Positions 37,792-48,562 of a DNA stretch of 64,000 nt are shown here, in pieces. The translations under genes were made by a program, and so were the position numbers. The stretch spans positions 1 to 64,000 of IMG/VR virus record IMGVR_UViG_3300030037_000006; one strand, written 5' to 3'. Positions within the stretch are counted from its first letter, which is position 1. Each line of letters begins with the position of its first letter. The stretch is from a virus. A model generated the notes under the pieces. It did not search any database, was not told the DNA's origin, and saw nothing but the letters and a program-made list of their open reading frames with translations.

Positions 37792-37998
37792 ATGAAAAAC
37801 AATAAGTTAGAAATTCGCGAAGAATCTTGCGATAATATCATTAAAGCACTCGAGAATATCAGTAGCGAGAGTAGTAAGAGAAAACGTTCTACGTCTAGTA
37901 ACAATATAGACAACTCAATCAAATCATTAAAATACATTTTCGAACTCTATAAAGAAGAGAACTATGAAAACGAAAATGACAATAAGGAAAATAAATAA
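37792..37998 (+). CDS. hypothetical protein
   Basis: 68-aa ORF with AAGGA RBS. Confidence 0.5.
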   Translation: MKNNKLEIREESCDNIIKALENISSESSKRKRSTSSNNIDNSIKSLKYIFELYKEENYENENDNKENK

Positions 37999-38557
37999 TA
38001 TGTATGACACATTATATGGCGATGCTGAATCTATTGAGCTAGGTAAGATTGCAACGCAAGTTATGGAAGGCTCATCTGAAGAAGTTTCAGATGAAGAAGT
38101 AGAAAGAATATTTGGCCATGATAAGAATAGTAAATTCGTATCTGATATTGTAGCAGCTTATTATTCAGATGAAGAATTAACTGAAGATACTCGTGAAGAC
38201 ATTATCAAGATGATTGGTTTTGATGACGAGTCTGAATTGGATTCTACTCAGTATGAAGATTTCCTTGAAGCGGTAAGAGAGTTCTATCTCGAGAATGCTA
38301 TCAAAAAAGAAGACTTTGAAGATGACCAAGAATTTATGCATGCATTTATTCAAGAACAAATGGCATTCAACTCAGTTATTGAATCTGTATTGGAACTTAT
38401 CAATTCTATTGATCAAGGTAATGTAGAAGAAGTAATGGAAAGTGCTCAGAAAGTTCTTGCTGATTTATTCAAAGAAGCTGATATTAAAATTGATGCTGAA
38501 TCAGTTAATACTATTGTAAGATTGTTTTATGATAAAGTATATGAAGAATTTGTGTAA
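37964..38557 (+). CDS. acidic hypothetical protein
   Basis: Likely start MYDTLY (38000) after AAGGA. Confidence 0.6.
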   Translation: MKTKMTIRKINNMYDTLYGDAESIELGKIATQVMEGSSEEVSDEEVERIFGHDKNSKFVSDIVAAYYSDEELTEDTREDIIKMIGFDDESELDSTQYEDFLEAVREFYLENAIKKEDFEDDQEFMHAFIQEQMAFNSVIESVLELINSIDQGNVEEVMESAQKVLADLFKEADIKIDAESVNTIVRLFYDKVYEEFV

Positions 38558-38751
38558 TGAGTGGTAATTGGGGAAAATGTGAAACATGCTCTTACTATGA
38601 GAAGAGTACTAAGTTCTGCAGGTATAATCCTCCGGTGCCAGTAGTTAAGCAGTCAATACAAAACGATTCAGGTAAGTTGATTTCAGTTGTAAAGTCTGCA
38701 TATCCTATGATTGAAATGCCAAGTAAAGATTGGTGTTCCAAATACGAATAA
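38557..38751 (+). CDS. small Cys-rich (Zn-binding) protein
   Basis: CETC...CRYNPP...WC. Confidence 0.65.
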   Translation: MSGNWGKCETCSYYEKSTKFCRYNPPVPVVKQSIQNDSGKLISVVKSAYPMIEMPSKDWCSKYE

Positions 38752-38842
38752 ATTTTATTCTATACAATTTTAAAAGAGCTCTGTTAATTCAGAGCTTTTT
38801 TTGTTTTATAGACTTTAATACGACACATAAAAGGATAAATTA

Positions 38843-39790
38843 ATGGCATTACTTAATATACAAAAAATGAAAAATGAGAGGGTACGACTTGTAGTTGATA
38901 CTTCTTATCTTATGCATTATAAAATATCATCGTCAATGACCAAATATGGATATGATTTTAGTGTTTCTCCTTGTGAGAAAAGTGAAATTGGAACTTACGA
39001 CTGGACTACTAATGAAGAGTACATAGAAATTCTAAGAGTTACTACTATTAATCATATCAAACGATACTGTAAAAATGTTGGAGTACTTCCTAAAGACATT
39101 ATATTTGCAATCGATTGTAACAAGAAAAATATTTGGCGTAGAGATATATTCCCTGATTATAAACAAAGTCGAATCGACGGTCAGAAGAAAAAGGAAGATG
39201 ACAAAGAATCATATAATATGGGTCCAGTTTTTGGATACTTCAAGCGTTTTATTCTGCCAGAGTTAGTTGAAACATTTAAAGGCAGTGCTATAATAGATCA
39301 TCCTGTATGTGAAGGTGATGATATTATTTCTGTTAGTGTTGCAACTCTTAAAGAAGAATACCCAGAAAACCCAATTGTAATATGTGCAAATGATTCAGAC
39401 TTAGTACAGTTATGCACAGGAAAGGTTTCTATACATGATCTTAAATTCAACTGTGTCGATGAAAAAGTTCTGAAGAAATTTCTTTTACCTGAAAATATCG
39501 TTAGATGTAAATCAATTATGGGCGACGGTAAGGATAATGTTGATCAACCTATTCCACGTTGCGGATTAGCTACAGCATTTAAACTTCTTGGAGATAAACA
39601 ATTACTCAAAGAAAAGATTCAATCTATTCCTAATCAAACTGTTGCTGGTACAATCAAACATATTCAATTGAATAAAGCTCTATTGGATTTATTTCGAATA
39701 CCTCTTAACATTCAAGATGAAGTGAAAGATCTTCTGTACGCTAGATACTTTAAACGTGAAAGAGTTAAGTCGGACTTAGACGGTCTATGA
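38843..39790 (+). CDS. rnh: 5'-3' exonuclease / T4-type RNase H
   Basis: VVD, AID, WRRDIFPDYK, EGDDII, DSDLVQL, GDGKDNV. Confidence 0.9.
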   Translation: MALLNIQKMKNERVRLVVDTSYLMHYKISSSMTKYGYDFSVSPCEKSEIGTYDWTTNEEYIEILRVTTINHIKRYCKNVGVLPKDIIFAIDCNKKNIWRRDIFPDYKQSRIDGQKKKEDDKESYNMGPVFGYFKRFILPELVETFKGSAIIDHPVCEGDDIISVSVATLKEEYPENPIVICANDSDLVQLCTGKVSIHDLKFNCVDEKVLKKFLLPENIVRCKSIMGDGKDNVDQPIPRCGLATAFKLLGDKQLLKEKIQSIPNQTVAGTIKHIQLNKALLDLFRIPLNIQDEVKDLLYARYFKRERVKSDLDGL

Positions 39791-40299
39791 TTGTTTATGA
39801 CGTCAATGATATTATTAATGTAGAAGTTAATAAGTCATTGGTGTTATTCAATACAAATTCTTTATCGAATGATTTGATAAAACATGCATGTTTCAACATT
39901 ATAAAGCATCTTAATAATCTTCCTAAGTCGGATGATAAGATCTTTATATTGTCGTGCATTCCTAGCCTCTCATGGAAGACGAAGTATCTTAAAGAATTTG
40001 AAACAATGCATTACACATATAGCTCATCCTTGAGCATATCAGACATTGCACTGAATCGCATCATTGACTCTATCTGTAAATACATTCATAAGAATAAGTT
40101 TAATGTCCTGAGTCACTCTAATGTATCGTCGGAAGAGTTAAAGTTTGTACTGAAAGACTATGACTATTTTATTGATTTTGTAAAGTATGATATTCCAAGA
40201 AGAATTATTACTGACAATAATGACAACATCCATTACGTACAGAAGATGCCATTGTATCTTATACAAGAAATAATAAAGGACTATACACAATATGAATAA
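39787..40299 (+). CDS. degenerate paralog of the 5' nuclease
   Basis: Colinear similarity to the upstream RNase H without its acidic catalytic residues. Confidence 0.5.
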   Translation: MIVYDVNDIINVEVNKSLVLFNTNSLSNDLIKHACFNIIKHLNNLPKSDDKIFILSCIPSLSWKTKYLKEFETMHYTYSSSLSISDIALNRIIDSICKYIHKNKFNVLSHSNVSSEELKFVLKDYDYFIDFVKYDIPRRIITDNNDNIHYVQKMPLYLIQEIIKDYTQYE

Positions 40300-40600
40300 G
40301 AAAAAGAATCCTAAGTTAGAAGAAACTAACTTGACAATGTATGATATTCTCGGTGATATCATTAAGTTCAAACGTGGCGACTTAGATCAACACCCTGAAT
40401 TTGAAAAGTCTTATTCAAAGTTTATGATATCACGATACTTAAGTATGGATGAGAACTCAGCTGAGATTAATGCTATGACACTACAAGCGTGTAGCTCTTT
40501 ACCTGATGCATTACATTATAAGACTTTGGTAAAAATGATACCTCATTCAAATAATGCTTACATCAAGTATATTAAAAGTAAGAAAAAGAAAAAATCTTAA
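40292..40600 (+). CDS. clamp loader small subunit (T4 gp62-like)
   Basis: YSKFMISRYLSM...HYKTL...YIKY. Confidence 0.75.
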   Translation: MNKKKNPKLEETNLTMYDILGDIIKFKRGDLDQHPEFEKSYSKFMISRYLSMDENSAEINAMTLQACSSLPDALHYKTLVKMIPHSNNAYIKYIKSKKKKKS

Positions 40601-41652
40601 TCGTATTCCACTACATCAGCATTACTGAGTAAGTTATCTTCCCAATATGCTTTTATTATTGCTACACTTTCATAACTTCTGAGGGTGATAGCATTTCCTT
40701 CTGGATCAGTTAAGAATGCTCCTGCATCTTCGATGTGGTCTACCATATATTGAAGATCTATTTTATCATCTGGATTATATTGATCTCCTCCTATATTAGC
40801 ATGGAATTTATCAAAGTATCCTTGAAATTCATTGGCAGTAGATAACTTAAATGAATCATGGTATTTAGGATCTACTAATCCTTCAGCTACATTTTCTACG
40901 AACTCGTCACATTCAACTTCTGAAGGTACAGCATAAAATCCAGCAGATGGGGTATACTTACCTTCGATAACAGAATTATTTTGATCATCTGCATTGACGA
41001 ACATATTGATATGATAAATTGATGGTTGATCAAATGGATCTAATTCATCCTCTTCAGTATCACAATTATATTTAGACCACATACCAGGAAACATCCAAGT
41101 TCTTAGAGTGAATGAAAGAGATGTTACAATTCTTGGAGTTTTAGTTTCATCATCTTTAAGATAAGTTGTATCTGCATTACCATCCCATATTAAAGCACAT
41201 TTTACTTTGCCATTTCCTGATGGTAGTTTCCATGATATGTAAATAGCAGGGTTGAAGAATGGCATGAAGTTTGAGAGTATTTGATCCATGTCTTCTTGAT
41301 ATTTAGTAACGATCTGCATATTGTAGCCAATATTTAATGGCATACCTACAATCGATTTAATATTGAACAAACCCTCAGCATTCTTTGATATTGATTCGTT
41401 AATAGAATGTACTCGAGAACTATCCTTAGATATTCCACCACGTACAATAGAAATAAGCGGAAGCTTGATTACACCTTGACGAGATTCCAGTTGTTTAAGT
41501 GTATTGCTTCTGTCACCGAAAACACAAGCAACTAGAAATTCCTTTTCAACACAACCATTACCATCTCGTCGATCGATAACAATATTATTGAAGACATCAC
41601 TAACCATCGCCTGCGAGATTTGTAATTCGCGATTATAGCTTCTTGATTTCAT
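40597..41652 (-). CDS. tail terminator / sheath stabiliser (T4 gp15-like)
   Basis: VFNNIVIDR, LPLIS, PLNIGYNM, DMDQILSNFMPFFNP, LSFTLRTWMF. Confidence 0.88.
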   Translation of the reverse strand: MKSRSYNRELQISQAMVSDVFNNIVIDRRDGNGCVEKEFLVACVFGDRSNTLKQLESRQGVIKLPLISIVRGGISKDSSRVHSINESISKNAEGLFNIKSIVGMPLNIGYNMQIVTKYQEDMDQILSNFMPFFNPAIYISWKLPSGNGKVKCALIWDGNADTTYLKDDETKTPRIVTSLSFTLRTWMFPGMWSKYNCDTEEDELDPFDQPSIYHINMFVNADDQNNSVIEGKYTPSAGFYAVPSEVECDEFVENVAEGLVDPKYHDSFKLSTANEFQGYFDKFHANIGGDQYNPDDKIDLQYMVDHIEDAGAFLTDPEGNAITLRSYESVAIIKAYWEDNLLSNADVVEYD

Positions 41653-42578
41653 TATTTAATTTCCTCTTTGAATAGCTGCCATCCTAATGATTCGCCATAA
41701 TGGCACGGCTTATTTAATTTTATTGATTTTTTCATCCAAGCAACCTTATCGGAAATTCCTAGATCTAAACATTTATTTTGTACATGTTGAAACGTTCCTA
41801 TAATCTCGAATAATATTCCTTCTGGACTTTCAAGTAAGAAAAGCTTAGTGAATCTCTTTGTATTAGCATTTGATATATTTTCAAGTCTAACCTTCTTCTT
41901 TTCGGGATCAGACCATGCATTATTAGAAACCTTTCTGAGTTTATCTCGAGTTTCTTCTGAAACAGGATTCTCTCTATTTAATGCAGATTCAGATTGTTTA
42001 GCTCGAGTTTCTTCGGATACAGGTCCACGTGTGTCATTGTAATGTGCTAATGCTTTCAAAGTATTTTCATGCATTGGGTGACCCATTAAAGCTTTGCTGA
42101 TATTTTGTTTAGCTTCGTCTGTAGCAACTCTACCAACATTATAAGTATTACCTAAAGCTCCTTCACTAATTCTTCTCTTTGCATCATCCGTATGACGGTA
42201 ACCACTGCTACCATCACCACCATCAGTTTTATTAGTAAGTGTCCCTAGTTTCGTGTCTTGTCTTCCAATCTCTGATATGAATCCTATCTCGTATATAAAG
42301 CATTCATCTTCATCTAAAGTTTTCATTACAATTAAAGTATGTTCTTTCATTGTATTTTTATCATAGCCTTCAGATATAATCTTATTGATCTTGTTATTTT
42401 TGAATGACATCTTATTTAAAGAGCAATCAGAAAAGTGTGAAGTAACTCTGTCTCCATTTCCCTTTCCTATGTAGTATGGCTCGTGGTCAAACTCTACATC
42501 TACACCGCCAAATGAATAAGTATAGTTACCTGGCTTTCTAGGATCTAGCAAAGCATATACGAAGAATTCTTTAATCAT
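41652..42578 (-). CDS. GIY-YIG-type homing endonuclease with NUMOD3-like repeats
   Basis: FVYALLDPR...PYYIGKG...R...H; LTNKTDGGDG; repeated S/T-E/D-E-T/A-R-x-K-x-S motifs. Confidence 0.82.
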   Translation of the reverse strand: MIKEFFVYALLDPRKPGNYTYSFGGVDVEFDHEPYYIGKGNGDRVTSHFSDCSLNKMSFKNNKINKIISEGYDKNTMKEHTLIVMKTLDEDECFIYEIGFISEIGRQDTKLGTLTNKTDGGDGSSGYRHTDDAKRRISEGALGNTYNVGRVATDEAKQNISKALMGHPMHENTLKALAHYNDTRGPVSEETRAKQSESALNRENPVSEETRDKLRKVSNNAWSDPEKKKVRLENISNANTKRFTKLFLLESPEGILFEIIGTFQHVQNKCLDLGISDKVAWMKKSIKLNKPCHYGESLGWQLFKEEIK

Positions 42579-42698
42579 TATTAGTAAATTGTTTTAGATT
42601 TATTAGATCTATTTATCCATTATTTGGTTACTACTTCAGAAAGAGATAAATAAAACAAATATATAACTTAATAAGAGAACAAAGGTAGATAACATCTT

Positions 42699-44702
42699 AT
42701 GGCAACTACATCAGATAAAAGGATTATCAACTCTCGCATTATTGTAGACAATTCAACTAATAACGAGTTAGAGTCTTCGTCCGACATATCAAGTGCAAAC
42801 AAAAACATTACAGTTTTTGATGACGTTAATAAATTTGTAGCCCATAACATTACGGCTTCAACAAACGAACATAGTGTAATTTTCTCATCTAACGATACTA
42901 AAAACGAAAGATGGAATGGACAAGGTGGAAATAGTGGAATGCACGGAGCTATTGAAAGTTCTTATTTCCATGATGTTTATAGTTCAGTATCAAATAATAA
43001 ACTTCAAAAGCTTTCATATTATAGACAGATGGTTTCACAGGCGGAATTGGCTGATGCTGTTGATGAGATTGCTGAGTCATGTATCAATGAAAATGATAAA
43101 GGACAAGTAGTAGAAATTGAATTCAATCGTGATAGTTTCACTAATCTTTCTCCTAATGCCGAAACTGAAATAAACAAACATTTTAATTCGTTCATAAACC
43201 TTTATAACTTTAAACAGAATGGATTCTATACTTTCAGAGAATTTATTACTGATGGTGAAGCTACATGGGAAAACATTGTTGATAAAGACAAACTACATCT
43301 TGGTATTATTGATATTAAGAAAATTAAACCAGAAAGTTATGAATATCTTATTGATAATTATTTCAATCACTTAGGTATATTAATTAATGCTCAGCTTACT
43401 AAATTCCAAAAGCCAGAAGACATGGATAAAAGCGGTACTAAGTATGCAGCTATAGACGGTAACAATACATTTGGTATCCAGAAAGGACAAGTAAATGCTA
43501 TCACTACAGCAATGAAAACGTCTGGTAGCATGTACAAAGCAACTAACGATGAAGCATCGATTATACCAATGCCTATGGAACAAGTTACCCATGCTGTATC
43601 AGGAACGTACTCAGATGATCGCTTGACAATCATTCCTATTCTTGATAGAGCAAGACGAGCTTATAATCAACTTGTAATTCTAGAAGATGCTTCTATTATA
43701 TATCGTTTAGTACGTGCTCCTGAGAGATTAGTATTTAATATCGATGTTGGTGATGCAGCTCCTGCTCGTGCCAATCAACAAGTTAAACAGTTAGCTCAAC
43801 AATATCAAAGCAAGAAAGTATATGATACTTCAACAGGTGGAATAGCTAATCAATATGATGCTCACCAAATGCTCGAATCTATGTTCTTTCCTAAAACATC
43901 TAATGGTACCGGTGGTACTACTGTTGATTCAATTGGTGGATCTTCTACTAACTTTGGTTCAATGGATGATATTAAATACTTCCAACAGAAGTTATTTGCA
44001 TCTTTGAAAATTCCTTACAATAGATTCTCAGCAGAGAATGATTCTGAAGCTCGTACAAATGTAGATTCAATTACTTATGCAGAATATCGTTTTGCTAAAT
44101 CTGTAATAAGACTTCAGCAATCAATGGCATCTGCTATTAAGAAAACTTTTGTAACTCATCTTAAATTCGTAGGTCTTTGGGATAGTGCATTACTTAGAGA
44201 AGATGCATTTGATATATCATTTGTAGTTCCATCTATGTATGAATACTATACAACACAGAAGATGTTAACTGAGAAGTTTAAGATTTACAATGATCTTTCT
44301 TCCAATGCTGATATTTCTAAAAGCTATATTATGAAGAACGTTCTTAAATGGAGTGAAGCTGATATCGATCAGAATTATGCTGACCTCGAGAAAGAAAAGA
44401 TTCGTGAGAAAACAATGGAACTGAAAATAAATTCTATCAGTAAAGTAGTTAAAGAGTATGATAAAGCTAGATCACCTTCTGATGAAGAATCTGATGAAGA
44501 AGGATCAGAGAATACTAACTCAGATAACTTTGAATTTGATGATTCGTTTGATGATGATCCTAGTGAGTTCGATGATAATGATTTCGATGATCTTGATGAT
44601 AACTCTGGCGCTGATACTGCAGATACAGGTGATCTTGATACTGCAGGTGACATAGATGATATAGAATTTGACATACCTGATAGTACACCAGACGAATTAT
44701 GA
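42699..44702 (+). CDS. portal protein (T4 gp20-like) with acidic C-terminal tail
   Basis: YRQM...AVDEI; NQLVILEDASIIYRLVRAPERLVFNIDVG; DDIKYFQQKLFASLKIP. Confidence 0.95.
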   Translation: MATTSDKRIINSRIIVDNSTNNELESSSDISSANKNITVFDDVNKFVAHNITASTNEHSVIFSSNDTKNERWNGQGGNSGMHGAIESSYFHDVYSSVSNNKLQKLSYYRQMVSQAELADAVDEIAESCINENDKGQVVEIEFNRDSFTNLSPNAETEINKHFNSFINLYNFKQNGFYTFREFITDGEATWENIVDKDKLHLGIIDIKKIKPESYEYLIDNYFNHLGILINAQLTKFQKPEDMDKSGTKYAAIDGNNTFGIQKGQVNAITTAMKTSGSMYKATNDEASIIPMPMEQVTHAVSGTYSDDRLTIIPILDRARRAYNQLVILEDASIIYRLVRAPERLVFNIDVGDAAPARANQQVKQLAQQYQSKKVYDTSTGGIANQYDAHQMLESMFFPKTSNGTGGTTVDSIGGSSTNFGSMDDIKYFQQKLFASLKIPYNRFSAENDSEARTNVDSITYAEYRFAKSVIRLQQSMASAIKKTFVTHLKFVGLWDSALLREDAFDISFVVPSMYEYYTTQKMLTEKFKIYNDLSSNADISKSYIMKNVLKWSEADIDQNYADLEKEKIREKTMELKINSISKVVKEYDKARSPSDEESDEEGSENTNSDNFEFDDSFDDDPSEFDDNDFDDLDDNSGADTADTGDLDTAGDIDDIEFDIPDSTPDEL

Positions 44703-44743
44703 TAAATATAAATATAATCAAACAAACCAGGAATTAAATTTCT

Positions 44744-45409
44744 ATGAAATTAATTTGTGAATACAAAGTTAATTCAGATGATATTACAGTCATAGAAGAG
44801 CAACAGAATGCCTCTTCTGAAAAGGTCCTCAAAATAAGAGGACCCTACGTAGTAACTGAAGAAGAGAACGAGAATGGCAGAGTATATGACAGACAAGATA
44901 TGGTCTCTGCTATCAACGAATATACTGAACAATTTATCAATACATCCAGATCAGTTGGAGAACTTGAACACCCTGACAGTATTGAAATTTCTTATGACCG
45001 TGCATGTCACCTGATTACTAGCCTTAAGCAAGAAGATAACATTTGGATTGGCGAAAGTAAAGTATTAGTTGGAACACCATGTGGAGACATTCTTAAAGGT
45101 CTCTTGATGAACGGTGTTAATGTTGGTATCTCTACACGTGGAGTAGGTGATTTGGATAATGCTGGTAACGTAACAAACTTCAAGTTTATTACTGCTGACA
45201 TTGTTTCTAATCCTTCTGCAGGTAATCATGGTGCTTGGTGCCAAGGAATATTTGAATCAAAGAACTTTATGTTAGACTCTCATGGATCTATTATCGAATC
45301 TGTTTATAACAAATTGGAATCAGATTTAGCTACATTGCCTAAAAATAGTGCTGCTAAGAACGCTCATATAGCAGATTCATTGGCAACATTCATTCGAAGC
45401 CTAAAGTAA
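44744..45409 (+). CDS. prohead protease (T4 gp21-like)
   Basis: NENGRVY, GELEHP, GISTRGVG, DIVSNPS. Confidence 0.95.
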   Translation: MKLICEYKVNSDDITVIEEQQNASSEKVLKIRGPYVVTEEENENGRVYDRQDMVSAINEYTEQFINTSRSVGELEHPDSIEISYDRACHLITSLKQEDNIWIGESKVLVGTPCGDILKGLLMNGVNVGISTRGVGDLDNAGNVTNFKFITADIVSNPSAGNHGAWCQGIFESKNFMLDSHGSIIESVYNKLESDLATLPKNSAAKNAHIADSLATFIRSLK

Positions 45410-45448
45410 GATAAATAAATAAAATAAATATTAAAAGGTACTAACTAA

Positions 45449-45607
45449 ATGACGCCAGAGCATAAATCTAATATTCAAATGTTCATTAAAGAATGTGCGA
45501 ATAAGAACACACCTCGTGCTAAAGAGCTTTTAGATGTTATACTCGAGTCTAAGGTTAAAGACCGAGTAGATAAAACTATCAAATTGAATCCTTCGGAGAA
45601 ACATTAA
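45449..45607 (+). CDS. small prohead core protein (52 aa), not in ORF track
   Basis: MTPEHKSNIQMFIKEC...ILESKVKDRV; between late box 45410 and the scaffold, stop overlaps the scaffold ATG. Confidence 0.6.
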   Translation: MTPEHKSNIQMFIKECANKNTPRAKELLDVILESKVKDRVDKTIKLNPSEKH

Positions 45608-46803
45608 TGAACATTAAACAACAATTGATTGCGTTACTAGAAAGCATTGACAAAGATGCCTCTATTTTCTCACTCGATAAACGTGAAGAGATTGGCACAT
45701 TGTTTGAATCTACTTTCAACGAAAAAGTTGAAGCTGCTGTTGCAGAAGTAGATGAACAAAACACTAAAGAACTTAGTGACCTAATCGAATTATTTAAAAC
45801 AAAAGAAACTGAGGCATTAGCTGCTCAAGATTCTGACTATGCAGATAAAACTGAAGAACTACTTGATCTTCAAGATGCTGACTATGCAGACAAAGCAGAA
45901 GAGCTCTTAGACCTACAAGATGCAGACTACGCTGATAAAACTGAAGAACTTCTTACTCTTCAAGACGCGGACTATGCTACAAAAACTGAAGAAATTATAT
46001 CTATCGTCAAAGGTTTAAAACCTGAAGAAGCAGATGTATCTGAATTGGAAGCTACCATCGAAGCATTAGAAGCTAAAGTTACTGAACTTGAAACTCCTGC
46101 TGAAGAAGATGAAGATGAAGAAGAAGATGAAGAAACTCCTGACGTTGAAGAAGATGAAGAAGATGAAGAAGTTGTAGAAGAATCAAAAGAATCAAAAGAA
46201 TCAAAAATCATGTCTGAAGAAGATATGGAAGATTTAGTTGAATCAATTGATGAACAATTAGAAAACTTCCTTGATACAGAGCAAGGTGGCGTTTTAGTTC
46301 AACAAGAAAAGTATGACAAAGCAATGAAAGCCATTGATACTATCAAGGATATGCTAGTTCTTACTGATGAAGATACTGAAGAAGCAATCAACGCAAAAGA
46401 AGAAGAGTTACAAGAAGCTCTTAAAGAAAATACTCGCCTAAAGACTGACAAGGAATCTATGATTTCTGAATCAGTAAATAAACGCAAACTGTTTGAAGCT
46501 AAAAAACTACTTGAAAGTAAAGTAAAAGGTTACGATCGTACTAAACAATTGTATTTGAAACAAATGTTCAAAGGTCGCCAATCAGCATACATTACCGAAA
46601 AAATGGATGAAGTAGCAGAAGCTTATGATAAAGAACTTCACGAATCTCGCTATACAGCGAAATTAGCCAAAAGAGAAGAAACACCTCTATATGTAGATAC
46701 TGTTTTATCTGAAAGTACTCTATCCGATGAAAATGAAACTGTTGATGGACCTGATATGAGTCAATATATCAATGCTGTTTCTGCAATGGACCAATATATT
46801 TAA
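45607..46803 (+). CDS. prohead scaffolding protein (T4 gp22-like)
   Basis: Acidic coiled coil between protease and MCP; LFESTFNEKV; many (L/I/V)xE-S sites; MSQYINA end. Confidence 0.85.
   Translation: MNIKQQLIALLESIDKDASIFSLDKREEIGTLFESTFNEKVEAAVAEVDEQNTKELSDLIELFKTKETEALAAQDSDYADKTEELLDLQDADYADKAEELLDLQDADYADKTEELLTLQDADYATKTEEIISIVKGLKPEEADVSELEATIEALEAKVTELETPAEEDEDEEEDEETPDVEEDEEDEEVVEESKESKESKIMSEEDMEDLVESIDEQLENFLDTEQGGVLVQQEKYDKAMKAIDTIKDMLVLTDEDTEEAINAKEEELQEALKENTRLKTDKESMISESVNKRKLFEAKKLLESKVKGYDRTKQLYLKQMFKGRQSAYITEKMDEVAEAYDKELHESRYTAKLAKREETPLYVDTVLSESTLSDENETVDGPDMSQYINAVSAMDQYI
45826..45993 (+). repeat. 45-nt in-frame tandem repeat (QDADYADKTEELLDL, ~3.7 copies)
   Basis: Units start at 45826, 45871, 45916, 45961. 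Confidence 0.9.
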
Positions 46804-46895
46804 ACAATAGTTCAAGCAGAGATAAATAAGTAAAATTAAACATTTACATCAAAGCTTAAACAAACAAACTTAATCTAATTATAAGGAAATAAAAT

Positions 46896-48437
46896 ATGCA
46901 AACTGCACATTTAACTGAACAATACCAAGGTGATGTTCTTAAGAAATGGGCTCCCGTTATTAACGGCGGAGCCTCAAAAATCAAAGACCGTAGAACATTG
47001 CTTAACACTGCGCTCGTAATGGAATCAACTGAAGCAGCTTCTGCTTCACAAACGCGCCAACAGCGTCTTAACGAAGCATGGACAACTGGTTCTATGTCAG
47101 CTGGACCTGGTGCAGTATCTGGTTCTACTCCAATTGGTGGTGGTGCTCTTGGTGCTACTGACGATCTCGGTATCGGTGACTCACGTATCCCTTCTGTAAT
47201 CGTTCCAATGCTCCGCAGAGTTTTCCCAGCGCTTATCGCTCACGAAACTATGTCAGTACAACCTATGGCAACGTCTATTAGTCGTGCATACGCTCTCCGT
47301 CTCCTTTATGGTGACAATGCTGGTGGAGTAACTGCACCTGGTACTGGTATCGAAGCTGGTTACAATACTCTTGTTCCTGGTCACTCTGGTAATGCCGGTG
47401 CAGAAGATCGTTCTGGTAATTACAACATTGAAGACCTCGATGCTGATGGTGATAAAATCTCTGGTATTGATACTACTGGTGATGGTGCTGAAGATCTTTT
47501 AACAACTGATGAAGTTGCATTCGGTCGTCCTTTGGATGCTACTGCTGCTGCCGGTCTTAACGATCAGACTTTCCTCTCTTCTTATCAAGGTACTAATGAC
47601 TTCACTGGTCAAGGTGCTGCTCTCGGTGCTTCAGAGTACTGGACAGTTGGTACTGATATGCCAATGCTTGCAATGAAAATTGTTAGTGGTGTAGTTGAAG
47701 CTAAGACACGTAAACTTGCTGCTACTTGGTCTAACGAAGTTGCTGAAGACATGCTCAACATGCAAGGTATTGATATTAACGCTGAAATGGTTAATGGCCT
47801 TTCAAATCAAGTTGGTCAAGACATTGACAGACAGTGTCTCACTGAAATGAACTCTGCTGCAATTGCTGGTAAACTCGGTCGTACTAAGTCAGTATGGAAT
47901 GCTGCTCTTTCAGACGGACGTAACCAGAACGAACGTATCGGAACTCTCTTTACACAAGTTCTTCTCGCTGCTCGTAAGATTGCAATTAACACACGAGTTG
48001 GTGCTGGTAACTTCGCTATCGCTGATAACACAGTAACATCATTGCTTGAAAGAGTTGGTGAGTTTGGACTTGATGGTTCTGCTGCTGGTATCGATGGTAA
48101 AGCTGGTATCTCACGTGCAGGAACACTCCGTCAAGGTAAGATTAAACTCTTTACTGATACATTCGGTGGTGATTTCATTAACGGCCGTGGATATGTTATG
48201 CTCGGTTATAAAGGTACTGATAAGTATGATTCAGGTATTGCTTACTGTCCATACGTACCGATTGAACTTACTTCAATCGCTGCTGCTCATGATGACTTCA
48301 ATCCAAGAGTTGGTGTCCGTACACGTTACGGAATGCTTGACTCATTACAAGGTGCTTCGAATTACTATCATTACGTAATGGTTGAAGGTCTTAACGATTC
48401 TACAGCTGGTGATGACGGAAGAACATTCTTGTTCTAG
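46896..48437 (+). CDS. major capsid protein (T4 gp23-like)
   Basis: KWAPVI, RRVFPALIA, VQPM, AKTRKLAATWS, YCPYVP, FNPRVGVRTRYG; predicted maturation site RLNE/A. Confidence 0.97.
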   Translation: MQTAHLTEQYQGDVLKKWAPVINGGASKIKDRRTLLNTALVMESTEAASASQTRQQRLNEAWTTGSMSAGPGAVSGSTPIGGGALGATDDLGIGDSRIPSVIVPMLRRVFPALIAHETMSVQPMATSISRAYALRLLYGDNAGGVTAPGTGIEAGYNTLVPGHSGNAGAEDRSGNYNIEDLDADGDKISGIDTTGDGAEDLLTTDEVAFGRPLDATAAAGLNDQTFLSSYQGTNDFTGQGAALGASEYWTVGTDMPMLAMKIVSGVVEAKTRKLAATWSNEVAEDMLNMQGIDINAEMVNGLSNQVGQDIDRQCLTEMNSAAIAGKLGRTKSVWNAALSDGRNQNERIGTLFTQVLLAARKIAINTRVGAGNFAIADNTVTSLLERVGEFGLDGSAAGIDGKAGISRAGTLRQGKIKLFTDTFGGDFINGRGYVMLGYKGTDKYDSGIAYCPYVPIELTSIAAAHDDFNPRVGVRTRYGMLDSLQGASNYYHYVMVEGLNDSTAGDDGRTFLF

Positions 48438-48473
48438 GATTTTAATTAATCTTTAGAATTTAGAATTCTGATT

Positions 48474-48506
48474 GGGATCCGATTAATTAATCGGATCCCT
48501 TTTTTT
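48474..48506 (+). terminator. intrinsic terminator after MCP
   Basis: gggatccgattaattaatcggatccc + T7. Confidence 0.9.
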
Positions 48507-48562
48507 ATGTTTAAAGCTTATAGTTGTTTCTTACTAGAAAAACAACTAAACAGAAGTTTAAC

